Assembly: GCA_035559535.1 (NCBI GenBank)
Contig: DATMBG010000037.1
Location: forward strand, 196,475 to 237,264
Direction of reading: 5' to 3'
DNA length: 40,790 nt
Origin: Candidatus Limnocylindrales bacterium
GTDB lineage: Bacteria > Moduliflexota > Moduliflexia > Moduliflexales > JAUQPW01
In this document: in pieces, positions 26,923 to 36,847 of the stretch
How positions within the stretch are numbered: the stretch's first letter is position 1
Layout of the letters: each line of letters begins with the position of its first letter
Translations under genes and position numbers: made by a program
Notes under the pieces: model-generated
Database searches by the model: none
Told to the model about the DNA's origin: nothing
What the model saw: only the letters and a program-made list of their open reading frames with translations

Positions 26923-27633
26923 TTATTTAGGAGTATAAAGTGTACCCGTTTGGGCATCTAAAAATAAAATCTCATCGGCCACCTGCCTTGCGAACTCCTC
27001 ATCCAGAGTTACGATAAAAGCAGTGAGGGCCATCTTTTTGTTTATTTTCCTTATCAATTTTCCTATGTTTCTCGCAGCTCTTGCATCTAAACCCAGGGTT
27101 GGCTCTTCATACAAAAGGATTTTAGGTTCATAGGCCAGGGCCCGGGCCACCTCTACCCGTTTTCTTGCTTCCTGTTCCAAATCGGAAGGAAACTTGATTG
27201 CATATTCAGAAGACAATCTGACTTTTCTCATCAAATCTCCGACCCTCCTGGCGATTTCCTCCTCGCTGAAAAGTCGGTCTATCCTTAACTTTAGAGGCAA
27301 GGCGATATTCACGCCTACGGTCAGATTATTGAAGAGTAAGGAACGTTGGGAGACCAGACCAAAATTCTCCAGAAACTTATGCCAGTCTGCATCATCTTTA
27401 AGATCCCGGGTATCTATTCCCAGGACCCGGACTCTTCCCGAGTCTGGAAGGGAAGCCCCATTAATTAAGTTCAATAAAAGCTCCTTTCCACTATGGGGAG
27501 GTCCGACAATCGCAAGACTCTTACCGTGCTGGACCTGGAAACTGATATCTTTTAGAATCTCTCTACCTTCAAAAGATTTGGTTACATTTTGCAATTCTAT
27601 TTCGATAATGGGGGCTTTTTTAAAACCGAACAT
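26923..27633 (-). CDS. MlaF/Mkl-like ABC ATP-binding protein with degenerate catalytic motifs
   Basis: GPPHSGKE (Walker A), LFNNLTVGVNIALPL, LEQEARKRV (signature), ILLYEEPTLGLD, VTLD (H-loop). Confidence 0.8.
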   Translation of the reverse strand: MFGFKKAPIIEIELQNVTKSFEGREILKDISFQVQHGKSLAIVGPPHSGKELLLNLINGASLPDSGRVRVLGIDTRDLKDDADWHKFLENFGLVSQRSLLFNNLTVGVNIALPLKLRIDRLFSEEEIARRVGDLMRKVRLSSEYAIKFPSDLEQEARKRVEVARALAYEPKILLYEEPTLGLDARAARNIGKLIRKINKKMALTAFIVTLDEEFARQVADEILFLDAQTGTLYTPK

Positions 27634-27850
27634 GCTTTTATTTTATATATAAATAGATAAGGTTGTCAATTTAAATTTTATAAAGATTACTCTACATAAC
27701 TACCTTTAAATGAAGCACTTACACAAGATTACCTCTACAAAATCTATTTCCTTTCAACTTGACCCGAGTACCTCTTTGGATGTATACTTACTTTTACGTA
27801 ATTGTAATCTTAACCCAAGTTAAGAAAGTTCTATGATAGGAGAAGCTAAA

Positions 27851-28678
27851 ATGGTAAAAACCGAAGAGAAGTATCAGCGTCTGAAACAAATTTTAAAAGA
27901 CATGGAGGGGGTTTTGGTTGCTTTCTCGGCCGGGGTGGATAGTACTTTTGTACTTAAAGTTGCACATGATGTCTTAGGAGAGAAGGTTCTCGCGGTTACG
28001 GCGCGTTCTGTTACTTATCCCCTTGCAGAATTAGAAGAAGCCAAGCAATTAGCCTCTTCTTTAGGGGTGAGGCATCTTATTGTTGAGTCTAAGGAGATCA
28101 ATGTTCCCGGATTTAGTAACAACCCGCCCAATCGTTGCTATTATTGCAAAACCGAGTTATATGATATACTGACCGAGATAGCCCGTCGGGAAAATATCCC
28201 CTATGTTGTGGATGGAACCAATTACGATGATATCCAGGATTATCGTCCGGGCATGAAGGCGACAGCGGAACATGGTGTAAGAAGCCCTTTAAAGGAGGCC
28301 GGACTTACCAAGGAAGAAATCCGATATCTTTCCAGAGAATTGGGTCTTCCAACCTGGGATAAGCCTTCATTTGCCTGTTTATCCTCTCGATTTCCTTACG
28401 GGGACCAGATTACAGTTGAAAAGTTACAGAGGGTGGAGGCTGCCGAAAACTTTTTGCGGCAGTTTAAGTTTAAGCAATTACGGGTTCGTCATCATGATAA
28501 AATTGCACGTATTGAATTAACCAAAGAAGATATGGTTCGAGTGGTTACAACTGATATCGGCGATAAGATCGTGGCTAAATTTAAAGAGTTAGGTTATGCG
28601 TATGTTACTTTAGATCTTCAAGGATATCGGACCGGAAGTATGAATGAGGTCCTGTTGAAATTAGAAATGGTCAACTAA
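27851..28678 (+). CDS. larE: ATP-dependent sulfur transferase LarE (nickel-pincer nucleotide biosynthesis)
   Basis: VAFSAGVDS, NPPNRCYYCK, DYRPG, WDKPSFACLSSRFPYG, LRVRHH, YVTLDLQGYRTGSMN. AGGAG before ATG 27851; alternative start 27833. Confidence 0.93.
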   Translation: MVKTEEKYQRLKQILKDMEGVLVAFSAGVDSTFVLKVAHDVLGEKVLAVTARSVTYPLAELEEAKQLASSLGVRHLIVESKEINVPGFSNNPPNRCYYCKTELYDILTEIARRENIPYVVDGTNYDDIQDYRPGMKATAEHGVRSPLKEAGLTKEEIRYLSRELGLPTWDKPSFACLSSRFPYGDQITVEKLQRVEAAENFLRQFKFKQLRVRHHDKIARIELTKEDMVRVVTTDIGDKIVAKFKELGYAYVTLDLQGYRTGSMNEVLLKLEMVN

Positions 28679-28679
28679 T

Positions 28680-29441
28680 ATGGATATCGAAAAGTTAAGA
28701 GCGCTACTTGAAGGAGTCCGGGAGGGTTCTTTAAGTATTGATAGAGCTTTGGAGAGGTTAAAAAGCCTCCCTTATGAAGATCTCGGTTTTGCTAAGGTTG
28801 ACCACCATCGACATCTCCGTAAGGGGACTCCCGAGGTTGTCTTCTGTCAGGGAAAAACGGTCGAACAGGTCGTCAAGATTGTAGAAAGACTGATCAAGAC
28901 TGGAGAATCCAATATCCTGGCGACTCGAGCTTCCGAGGAGGTCTATCAGGGAATCAAACAGGTTATCGGAACGGTAGAGTACCACTCTATGGCCAGAGTG
29001 GTTGTTGTCTGCCCTAAACCGACGAATCCTCAGGTAGGATGTATCGCCCTTATAAGTGCGGGAACGGCAGACCTTCCGGTCGCAGAAGAAGCCGCTGTAG
29101 TAGCCGAAACGCTCGGAAACCGGGTGGAAAGGATTTACGATGTGGGGGTAGCCGGTTTACATCGTCTGCTGGATAATCTTAAACGAATTGTAGAAGCCAA
29201 TGTCATTATCGTTGTGGCCGGGATGGAAGGAGCTCTTCCCAGTGTTGTGGGGGGTTTAGTCGATAAGCCGATCATTGCAGTTCCCACCAGTGTGGGATAT
29301 GGAGCCAGTTTCCATGGGCTGTCAGCTTTGCTGACCATGCTTAATAGCTGTGCACCAGGCATATCAGTGGTTAATATCGATAACGGATTTGGTGCTGCTT
29401 ATCAGGCGAGTTTAATTAATAAAATGTGTGCTAAGTCGTGA
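28680..29441 (+). CDS. larB: Nickel-pincer cofactor biosynthesis carboxylase LarB
   Basis: FAKVDHHR, PEVVFCQGK, AGTADLPVAEEA, DVGVAGLHRL, VAGMEGALPS, PTSVGYG, VVNIDNGFGA. Confidence 0.95.
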   Translation: MDIEKLRALLEGVREGSLSIDRALERLKSLPYEDLGFAKVDHHRHLRKGTPEVVFCQGKTVEQVVKIVERLIKTGESNILATRASEEVYQGIKQVIGTVEYHSMARVVVVCPKPTNPQVGCIALISAGTADLPVAEEAAVVAETLGNRVERIYDVGVAGLHRLLDNLKRIVEANVIIVVAGMEGALPSVVGGLVDKPIIAVPTSVGYGASFHGLSALLTMLNSCAPGISVVNIDNGFGAAYQASLINKMCAKS

Positions 29442-29467
29442 AGCCGAAAAACCACATATTTTCTCCT

Positions 29468-30127
29468 ATGGCACGTGGGTTATTTATAACCTTTGAAGGG
29501 ATTGAAGGCAGTGGTAAAACAACCCAGGCTACTCTCCTGGTTGAGTATCTAAAATCTAAGGATATTCCGGTTTTATATACCCGTGAGCCGGGTGGTACCC
29601 CCATTGGAGATCAAATCAGAAAAGTTTTATTAAATACTGAAAATCATCACATGACAGGACTTACAGAGCTTTTACTCTACGGTGCAAGTCGAGCCCAGCA
29701 TGTTGAGCAGCTTATTCGTCCGAGTTTAGAAAAGGGTGTGATGGTGGTCTGTGATCGGTATACCGATGCTACCCTCGCTTACCAATGGGCCGGAAGGGGA
29801 CTTGACCGAAAGGCTGTTGAGATGGTCAATGGGCTGGCAACCTCAGGACTTTATCCTGATCTTACCATCTTGCTGGATGTACCTGTAGAACTCGGCCTGG
29901 AACGGGCTAAAAGCAGAAATTTGAAACTAAATTTACAAAATCGAGAAGGGCGATTTGAAGAAGAAAGTCTTTCCTTTCACCACCGGGTTCGAGAAGGGTA
30001 TCGGAAGTTAGCTGCTGGTGAGCCGGATCGGATTTATTTAATCGATGGGACCCAAGATATACAGACCATCCATGAAGAAATCAAGCGGATTGTCCTTGCA
30101 AGAAGGACTGATAAGAGTGAAGGGTAA
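29468..30127 (+). CDS. tmk: Thymidylate kinase
   Basis: FITFEGIEGSGKTTQ, TREPGGT, CDRYTDATLAYQ, PDLTILLD. Alternative GTG start at 29438. Confidence 0.96.
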   Translation: MARGLFITFEGIEGSGKTTQATLLVEYLKSKDIPVLYTREPGGTPIGDQIRKVLLNTENHHMTGLTELLLYGASRAQHVEQLIRPSLEKGVMVVCDRYTDATLAYQWAGRGLDRKAVEMVNGLATSGLYPDLTILLDVPVELGLERAKSRNLKLNLQNREGRFEEESLSFHHRVREGYRKLAAGEPDRIYLIDGTQDIQTIHEEIKRIVLARRTDKSEG

Positions 30128-30134
30128 GGAATAA

Positions 30135-31172
30135 ATGTCCTTTTCAACCATCATAGGCCAGGAAGAGGCCGTCCATTTAATCAGAAAGGCTCTGGCTAGA
30201 AACCGGGTACCCCATGCTTATCTCTTCACAGGACCCGAAGGGATTGGAAAAAAACTCACAGCCCTGACTCTGGCTAAAGCTTTGAATTGCCTGGTCGCAT
30301 CCGATGATGCCTGTGAGACCTGTAAGTCTTGTTATAAGATTCATAAAGGATGCCACCCGGATGTAGAAATAATCGAAGCCGAAGGCCAGTTTATTAAAAT
30401 CGATCAGATTCGAGAGTTACAAAAACAGGTCGGTTATAAACCTTTTGAGGGAAGAAAAAAAGTTAGCATCCTTAATAACGCAGAAAAGTTAAACCTGGAG
30501 GCTGCCAATGCTTTATTAAAAACTTTAGAAGAGCCCCCTCCTGATACGGTGTTTATCCTGATAAGTTCAAGCCCCAGTGCTCTGTTGCCGACTATTGTTT
30601 CTCGATGTCAATCGATACGGTTTAGTCCCTTAGGCCTCCAGCATACGGAGCAGTTTTTGGTAGAGAAAGGAGTTGCAACCGGTCCAAAAGCTCACTTATT
30701 GGCTGCTTTATCTGAAGGAAGACCTGGAAGGGCTTTAAATATGGACATAGACAGGATCCTTTCCCTTCGGGAACAGATCCTGGAGCTTATGGATTTGATG
30801 ATCCCCGATGGGGGTTTGAGGACCGATCTGCAGCCTAACAGGACACAGGTTTTGTCTTTGCCCGATTCCGGGATAAAAGTTTTACTGGGCAAAATCGAAG
30901 AGTTTACACGGGATCGGGATCAAACCGAAGAGCTTTTAGACTTTTTATTGGTTTTTTATAGGGATCTGCTCCTGTTATCTGAGCAGGGAAATCCCGGCTT
31001 CCTGGTAAATCAGGATCTGATTTCATTCTTAGAAAGATATAAAACCCGCATATCTTCTCAGAAGATTTTGAAGATTTGTCAGGATATCTATCAAACAAAA
31101 GTTAACTTGCAACATAACGCAAATCTCCAATTGGCCTTGGAAGACCTGTTCTTAAAGATCATGGAAACTTAA
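30135..31172 (+). CDS. holB: DNA polymerase III subunit delta'
   Basis: HAYLFTGPEGIGK, C..C..C..C zinc module, HPD, AANALLKTLEEPP, TIVSRCQ. Follows tmk. Confidence 0.95.
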   Translation: MSFSTIIGQEEAVHLIRKALARNRVPHAYLFTGPEGIGKKLTALTLAKALNCLVASDDACETCKSCYKIHKGCHPDVEIIEAEGQFIKIDQIRELQKQVGYKPFEGRKKVSILNNAEKLNLEAANALLKTLEEPPPDTVFILISSSPSALLPTIVSRCQSIRFSPLGLQHTEQFLVEKGVATGPKAHLLAALSEGRPGRALNMDIDRILSLREQILELMDLMIPDGGLRTDLQPNRTQVLSLPDSGIKVLLGKIEEFTRDRDQTEELLDFLLVFYRDLLLLSEQGNPGFLVNQDLISFLERYKTRISSQKILKICQDIYQTKVNLQHNANLQLALEDLFLKIMET

Positions 31173-31239
31173 ATGTGATTATTTAGCTCCAAAAGGATAA
31201 AGAAAGTAAACCCAGAGATGTGGAGTAATTTCTTCGTTT

Positions 31240-31457
31240 CTGATACGTTATAAAGTTAATTCTATGTAATTCTCGGCCTTTACCTCGGCCTCTTTCCCGA
31301 AGCTTCGGGGGAGGGGTCGGGGGGATGCGGGCCAGGATAAGAAGGTTAGCCCCAGCGGGGCGACCTGGGTCTAGCCCCTGGCGTATTATCCTGGCGCGGA
31401 TGGGGGTCGGGGGTGAGGGCCGAGCGGTTAGTTAGAGTTAACTTTACAAGGTATCAG
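31240..31457. mobile_element. MITE-like element with ~25-bp terminal inverted repeats
   Basis: ctgatacgttataaagttaattcta ... tagagttaactttacaaggtatcag with GC-rich internal hairpins. Ends resemble the 622/34467 family. Confidence 0.65.
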
Positions 31458-31528
31458 ATCTTTGTTCTTCATATCTTTTAAAGAACCTTTGTAGCTAAAT
31501 AATTATAACCCTATTTTGTAACTTAAAA

Positions 31529-33529
31529 ATGGCTGACTTAAAAAAATTTTATATTACAACCCCCATATATTACGTTAATGATGTGCCTCATATTGGTCAT
31601 GCGTATACGACCATTGCCTGTGATACACTGGCCAGATACAAGAGGTTGACCGGATATGATGTATTTTTTTTAACAGGTACCGATGAGCATGGGCAAAAGG
31701 TAGAGCGTACGGCGAAGAAAAATAACGAGACCCCCATTCAACTGGCGGATCGTACCATGCAGCGGTTCAAAGACCTGTGGAAGCGGCTGAGAATTTCCTA
31801 CTCGGATTTTATCCGAACCACAGAACCTCGCCATATTGCTGCGGCCCAGAAACTCTTCCAGGCGGTTTATGATCACGGCGATATTTACCTGGGGGAGTAT
31901 GAAGACTGGTACTGTACGACCTGTGAGCAATTCTTAACGGAACTCCAACTGGTAAATGGACGATGTCCTAATTGTGGACGTCCTGTAGAAAAACTGAAAG
32001 AAGAGAGTTACTTCTTCAGGATGTCCAGATACCAGGAGCCGTTACTCAAGTATATAGAAGAGCATCCGGATTTTATTCAACCCGAGACCCGGCGAAATGA
32101 GATTATCAGTTTTATTAAAGGAGGACTGCGGGATTTAAGTATCAGCCGGACTTCCTTTGATTGGGGAATTAAGATACCGATTAATCCCCGGCATATTATG
32201 TATGTTTGGTTTGATGCCCTGACCAATTACCTGACGGCCGTGGGTTATGCCGAGGATCCCCAAAAATTTGAGAAATACTGGCCTGCCGATATTCATGTGG
32301 TTGGGAAAGATATCCTTCGGTTTCATACGGTTTACTGGCCTACCTTCCTGATGTCTGCCGGATTGCCTTTACCGAAAAAGGTTTTTGCACACGGTTGGTG
32401 GCAAGTGGAAGGTCAAAAAATGTCCAAGTCTCTGGGAAATGTGGTGGATCCGAATCAAATAATCGATGAGTTTGGGGTAGATCCTTTCCGCTATTTCCTT
32501 CTTCGGGAAGTTTCGTTCGGTTTAGATGGGGATTTCTCCAGGCAAGCCTTGATTCAGAGAATCGATAGTGATCTGGCCAATGATCTGGGGAATCTCTTTA
32601 GTCGTTGCCTGACGGTTATTGAGAAGTATCAAAATGGAATTGTACCGGAGCCTGTTGGATCTACAGAGCGAGAAAACCGATTGGCAGCTCAGCGTGCTGA
32701 AACTTTGATCAAAATGGATCAATCCATGAACGAACTGGCCTTCCACCAGGTACTCAAAGATATCTGGGATTACATCAACGAAGTGAATCGCTACATTGTA
32801 GATACCGCCCCCTGGATGTTAGTCAAAGATAAAGCCAAACAGGATAGACTTTCGACCGTACTCTATAGTCTGGCAGAAGCTTTGAGGGGGATTGCCCTGT
32901 TGATCGCTCCGTTTATGCCGGAAACCTCCGAAAAAATGTGGACCCAACTGGGATTACCGGATAAACCAGGCCCAGAGGACTTTGCCTCCCTGAAGGTTTG
33001 GGGTGGATTCCCCAGTGGGATCCAAATTCATAAGGGGGAGCATCTCTTCCCACGCATCCATTCTAAGGGTGCAGACCTGGAAATCTCGGGAAGAACCGCT
33101 AAAGAGGCCTCTCAAAAAGACACTTTAACGCTCGACGAAACAAAAAAAGATCCTGTACAACAGACCTCTGAACTCAGTTCAGGACAAATAACAGGTAATG
33201 AACAAAATCTGATTACCCTTGAAGAGTTTGCCAGGATCGATCTTCGGGTGGCTGAGATCCTGGCTGCCGAGAAAGTTAAAGGATCTTCTCGTTTAATCAA
33301 GCTCCAGGTCGACCTGGGTACAGAAAAACGAACGGTCGTGGCAGGTATTGCAGAAAGCTATACTCCTGAAGAACTCATCGGACGTAAAGTTATATTGGTT
33401 GCTAACCTAAAACCCGCCAGACTTATGGGAATCGAATCCCAGGGTATGATTCTGGCTGCTGTAAAAGATAAAAAGGCTGTCCTCCTTTCCTTGGATCGAG
33501 AAGTTGAGATAGGAACTAAGGTAAAGTGA
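31529..33529 (+). CDS. metG: Methionine--tRNA ligase with C-terminal tRNA-binding domain
   Basis: YITTPIYYVN, PHIGHAY, GTDEHG, YVWFDAL, KMSKS, C-terminal DLRVAEI...GIESQGMIL. Confidence 0.97.
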   Translation: MADLKKFYITTPIYYVNDVPHIGHAYTTIACDTLARYKRLTGYDVFFLTGTDEHGQKVERTAKKNNETPIQLADRTMQRFKDLWKRLRISYSDFIRTTEPRHIAAAQKLFQAVYDHGDIYLGEYEDWYCTTCEQFLTELQLVNGRCPNCGRPVEKLKEESYFFRMSRYQEPLLKYIEEHPDFIQPETRRNEIISFIKGGLRDLSISRTSFDWGIKIPINPRHIMYVWFDALTNYLTAVGYAEDPQKFEKYWPADIHVVGKDILRFHTVYWPTFLMSAGLPLPKKVFAHGWWQVEGQKMSKSLGNVVDPNQIIDEFGVDPFRYFLLREVSFGLDGDFSRQALIQRIDSDLANDLGNLFSRCLTVIEKYQNGIVPEPVGSTERENRLAAQRAETLIKMDQSMNELAFHQVLKDIWDYINEVNRYIVDTAPWMLVKDKAKQDRLSTVLYSLAEALRGIALLIAPFMPETSEKMWTQLGLPDKPGPEDFASLKVWGGFPSGIQIHKGEHLFPRIHSKGADLEISGRTAKEASQKDTLTLDETKKDPVQQTSELSSGQITGNEQNLITLEEFARIDLRVAEILAAEKVKGSSRLIKLQVDLGTEKRTVVAGIAESYTPEELIGRKVILVANLKPARLMGIESQGMILAAVKDKKAVLLSLDREVEIGTKVK

Positions 33530-33590
33530 TGGAGGAGAAAATGGGAGAGTGGGTAAGACCTTTTCCCATTCCTCCTCCTTCTCTTCTAAA

Positions 33591-33866
33591 ATGAATGGTT
33601 GGTTAATTTTCGGTTTATTCGGACAATTAATGTTTTCCATGCGGTTTATTGTCCAATGGATTGTCTCTGAAAAAAGAAAGGAAAGTGTAGTACCTATTCA
33701 ATTTTGGTACTACAGTCTGGCAGGAAGTTTAACTTTACTCCTTTATGCAATTCATCGAAAAGATCCTGTGTTTATCTTGGGCCAATCTCTAGGAACCTTC
33801 ATTTATATTCGTAATCTAATCCTCATCTATCGTAAACAGGCCGAGATCTCTAAAAGTATTCCGTAA
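33591..33866 (+). CDS. Lipid-A-disaccharide synthase N-terminal (LAB_N) domain small membrane protein
   Basis: GLFGQLMFSMRFIVQWIVSEK..ESVVP..FWYYSLAG...LLYAI...DPVFILGQ...FIYIRNL. Confidence 0.9.
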   Translation: MNGWLIFGLFGQLMFSMRFIVQWIVSEKRKESVVPIQFWYYSLAGSLTLLLYAIHRKDPVFILGQSLGTFIYIRNLILIYRKQAEISKSIP

Positions 33867-33952
33867 GCCTGAGAGTCGGTACCTTACCTTTTTATGGATT
33901 TATGGAATGAGTCGGTATTGTCGCCTCGCTCTCTTTTCCGTCTTATACCAAC

Positions 33953-33976
33953 CATCAAACGAGACATTTAACCTAC
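33953..33976 (-). repeat. GTAG-type REP, degenerate copy
   Basis: Minus strand gtaggttaaatgtctcgtttgatg. Confidence 0.55.
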
Positions 33977-34207
33977 TTTTCTACCCCCCAAAGTATTTTT
34001 ATTAATGTATCTTCTCTTCTAAGACCTGGGTTTCCCGCATAGCCATGACGATATTCGAAGCTTCAGGAATTTTTCTTGCCGGATCTTGATCTTCCTGAAG
34101 GGTTGTAAAATGACAGGCGGGACGCGCTTATCCTGCTGGTGCCCCGGACATCTGGGTTTCATGGAAAAAGGCCCTGTCCTAACAAACGGGCGATTAGCCA
34201 CCAGGCA

Positions 34208-34231
34208 CATCAAACGAGACGTTTAGCCTAC
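34208..34231 (-). repeat. GTAG-type REP copy
   Basis: Minus strand gtaggctaaacgtctcgtttgatg. Confidence 0.6.
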
Positions 34232-34272
34232 TGATAAAACAGCTCCTATGAAGAACATGGTGTCACCAGACT

Positions 34273-34432
34273 TAACGGTTTAATTAGTTTTGTTTGATTT
34301 TTAAGCGGTCCTCACCCCTGACTCTCTCCACCCCCACCCCTTCCCTCCCCGTCCAGGGGGAGGGTGAGGGAGGGAGAGAGACCTGGGGTGAGAGGGGGGA
34401 AGCGAATAACCCAAAATTAACTTTACAAAGTA
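34273..34432. mobile_element. Diverged, inverted member of the 128-bp MITE family
   Basis: Left end gtttaattagttttgtttgatttttaag matches the reverse complement of the right end of 622-749; ends aaaattaactttacaaagta. Confidence 0.6.
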
Positions 34433-34456
34433 GTAGGTCAAACGTCCCCGTTTGAC
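34433..34456 (+). repeat. GTAG-type REP (GTAG-GTCAAACG-TCCC-CGTTTGAC)
   Basis: GTAG foot plus perfect 8-bp palindrome; identical copy at 34598-34621. Confidence 0.75.
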
Positions 34457-34466
34457 ATCAAAGTAG

Positions 34467-34594
34467 TACACTGTTTACTTAATTTTGGTCTCATAGGGCT
34501 GCTTTCACTCCCCAGCTCTCCTCTCCCACAGCGTGGGAGAGGGGCCGGGGGTGAGGGCCACTTAAACGTTAAACAAAACTAAGTAAACAAGGTA
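34467..34594. mobile_element. 128-bp MITE-like element, copy 2
   Basis: Same length and near-identical sequence to 622-749. Confidence 0.8.
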
Positions 34595-34597
34595 GGA

Positions 34598-34621
34598 GTA
34601 GGTCAAACGTCCCCGTTTGAC
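34598..34621 (+). repeat. GTAG-type REP
   Basis: gtaggtcaaacgtccccgtttgac, identical to 34433-34456. Confidence 0.75.
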
Positions 34622-34663
34622 CTCACAGGTTATAGTTAATTTTATCCTGGAAGGGTGTCAGGC

Positions 34664-35716
34664 TTATGAGAACCATCTCAGGATTCGAAGAGCCCCTTCC
34701 TTAACGGGAGATCGATGGGTAGAAGCAACGGTAGAGGTTTTAATTTGCTCCCGGTGGGCCAGATACCATTCATAGGAATCGATCAGCATGTCGATATTGC
34801 CCCATTTGGGCTGCCAATTCAATTCCTGTTTGGCACGGGATATATCGTAGTAGGATTCTTTTCCATACGTAAGGTAGTGATAGGGTGCCAGCGGGACCAG
34901 GCGTAGTGCAGAGAGTAATTTCATCATAGTCACGGCTGGTAGAACCGGTAGGGATTTTACCCGACTCCCTGTTTTAGCATGGGCAATCAATCCTTCCAGG
35001 GACTCTCGCAAGGTACCGAAGCGCTCGGCACCCAGGTTATATACGGCGAAACCAGGCCGCTCAGATGCCTTTATACAAGCCTCTATGACGTCTTCAACGT
35101 GGACAAATTGATAAAGATTATCTCCCTTACCGAGTACATAAACCGTCCGCCCTTCGGCAATCCAATCAAAAAGAATCTGAAAAATTCCCAGGCGACCTCG
35201 TCCTACCATGGCTCTTGGGCGAATAATGGTAATATCAAGACCCTTTTCGAGGTATTGTCGACATAATTTCTCTCCTTCCAGCTTGGTTCGCCCGAAATCT
35301 TCGTGGGGATGTGGCTCTACGGTTTCATCTATGGGATTCCTGGGGGGTATCCCGAATACCGCCGTGGAGGAGATGTAGATGATTTTTTTGACTCCAACTT
35401 CTTTAGCCGCTTTGAGTAAATTTTCCGTACCGTTCCGATTAACACTCCAAAAGAGTTTTCGATCCCGTGCTAAGGGTACCTGGGCTACTGCATGGAAAAT
35501 AACCTCGACTTTTTCACAGGCCCGACGAACCAAGGGATAATCTCGAATATCCCCTTGAATAAAATCAACTTGCCGGGGTCGATCCAGGTCATCTACAAGA
35601 TCAAAGACCCGCACCCTGGCTCCCAGATTGAATAACCTGCGAACCATTAAAGAACCAAGATATCCTGAACCACCAGTCACTAAGTAGGTTAAACGTCTGG
35701 TTTGAATAGTAGACAT
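34664..35716 (-). CDS. Extended SDR / NAD-dependent epimerase-dehydratase (3-beta-HSD-like); catalytic Tyr replaced by Phe
   Basis: LVTGGSGYLG, GDIRD, YISSTAVFG, FGRTK at the YxxxK position, IIRP, QFVHVED. Confidence 0.88.
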   Translation of the reverse strand: MSTIQTRRLTYLVTGGSGYLGSLMVRRLFNLGARVRVFDLVDDLDRPRQVDFIQGDIRDYPLVRRACEKVEVIFHAVAQVPLARDRKLFWSVNRNGTENLLKAAKEVGVKKIIYISSTAVFGIPPRNPIDETVEPHPHEDFGRTKLEGEKLCRQYLEKGLDITIIRPRAMVGRGRLGIFQILFDWIAEGRTVYVLGKGDNLYQFVHVEDVIEACIKASERPGFAVYNLGAERFGTLRESLEGLIAHAKTGSRVKSLPVLPAVTMMKLLSALRLVPLAPYHYLTYGKESYYDISRAKQELNWQPKWGNIDMLIDSYEWYLAHREQIKTSTVASTHRSPVKEGALRILRWFS

Positions 35717-36769
35717 TTAGATAATAATCCCCTTCTCCAGGCACCATCGGATGGATCTTCGCATCCCCTCTTCCAAATCAATTTTTGGATCGTATCCTAA
35801 TTCCTTCTGGGCTTTGAGAGAGGAGCAAACAATGTTTTTATTCATCTCCGATAATACGTGGATTTTCTGGTTATAGAAACCCATACGTTGAAGTAATCCA
35901 TCACAAAGTTGCGCCACCTCACCGACTACATGGGGCAAGTGGAGTCGCCTGTGGGCAACCCGGATCCCGAATTCTGTTTCCAGTAAGTGTTCAATAGTAG
36001 CCACGATTTCATTCAGAGTATAGGGTCGTCGATCTGCTATCCAATAAGTCTGGCCGTTGGCTACCGGACTCTGTTCACTCAGGAGTAATCCCTGGCAAAT
36101 ATTATCCACATAGGCCATGGAACGTCGATTTTCTCCATCTCCTACTATGGGGACTGTACCCTTTTTAATCATCTTAAAGAAGAGGGTCTGACGGGGGGGT
36201 TGGTCGGGACCATAAAACCAGGGGGGACGGATAATCACCGTCTCCAATTTGTTCTGGGCTTGATATTCGCGTACTACCTCTTCCATGAGCATTTTGGAAC
36301 GGCCATAACCCATGTAAGGATTATAGGGGGAACTTTCGGTAAAAAAATGATTTCGATGGGGATTTGTCCCGATGGGAGAGTTAGATGATACGACCACAGC
36401 CCGGCGTACGCCAGCTTCGGCTGCGGCCCGGAGTAGATTACGTGTCCCATCTACATTTACTTCAAAAAACTCCCGCACACGTCGGACCGGATGAATAACC
36501 CCTGCACAATGAAACAGCGTAGCTCCCTCGGCTCCTTGACAGAAGGACTTCATCGCTTCAAAATTACGTAAATCTCCTTCGAAGATCTCTATCCGTTCTG
36601 AAATGGTTCGAATCTCGGAGATGTCGGATCCGGGTAAGACCAGGCACCGTATCTGTCGGGATGGGTGATTTTCCCATAAAGATGGAACCTCGGGAAGACC
36701 GGTAACCAGCACCCGAACCAGCCGGGTTCCAAGCCAACCGGGTACTCCGGTGACTAGGGTTAGAGGCAT
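35717..36769 (-). CDS. Extended SDR / NAD-dependent epimerase-dehydratase
   Basis: LVTGVPGWLG, VNVDGTRNLL, VSSNS, YGRSK, IIRPPWFYGP, RSMAYVDN. Confidence 0.9.
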   Translation of the reverse strand: MPLTLVTGVPGWLGTRLVRVLVTGLPEVPSLWENHPSRQIRCLVLPGSDISEIRTISERIEIFEGDLRNFEAMKSFCQGAEGATLFHCAGVIHPVRRVREFFEVNVDGTRNLLRAAAEAGVRRAVVVSSNSPIGTNPHRNHFFTESSPYNPYMGYGRSKMLMEEVVREYQAQNKLETVIIRPPWFYGPDQPPRQTLFFKMIKKGTVPIVGDGENRRSMAYVDNICQGLLLSEQSPVANGQTYWIADRRPYTLNEIVATIEHLLETEFGIRVAHRRLHLPHVVGEVAQLCDGLLQRMGFYNQKIHVLSEMNKNIVCSSLKAQKELGYDPKIDLEEGMRRSIRWCLEKGIII

Positions 36770-36847
36770 AGATTAAAACCGCAAATAAGAAGAGACAGGC
36801 AGTAGATCGTGAAGGTAGAAAAAGACAGGAAATCTTAAACGATTGAT

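Noticed and set aside
34019..34213. 64-aa ORF between two REPs as a RAYT remnant
   Set aside because: No HUH or other RAYT motif visible.
33953..34621. Repeated 24-bp palindromes as a CRISPR array
   Set aside because: Mixed orientations, irregular 140-230 bp spacing, MITEs as spacers and no cas genes; fits REP elements.
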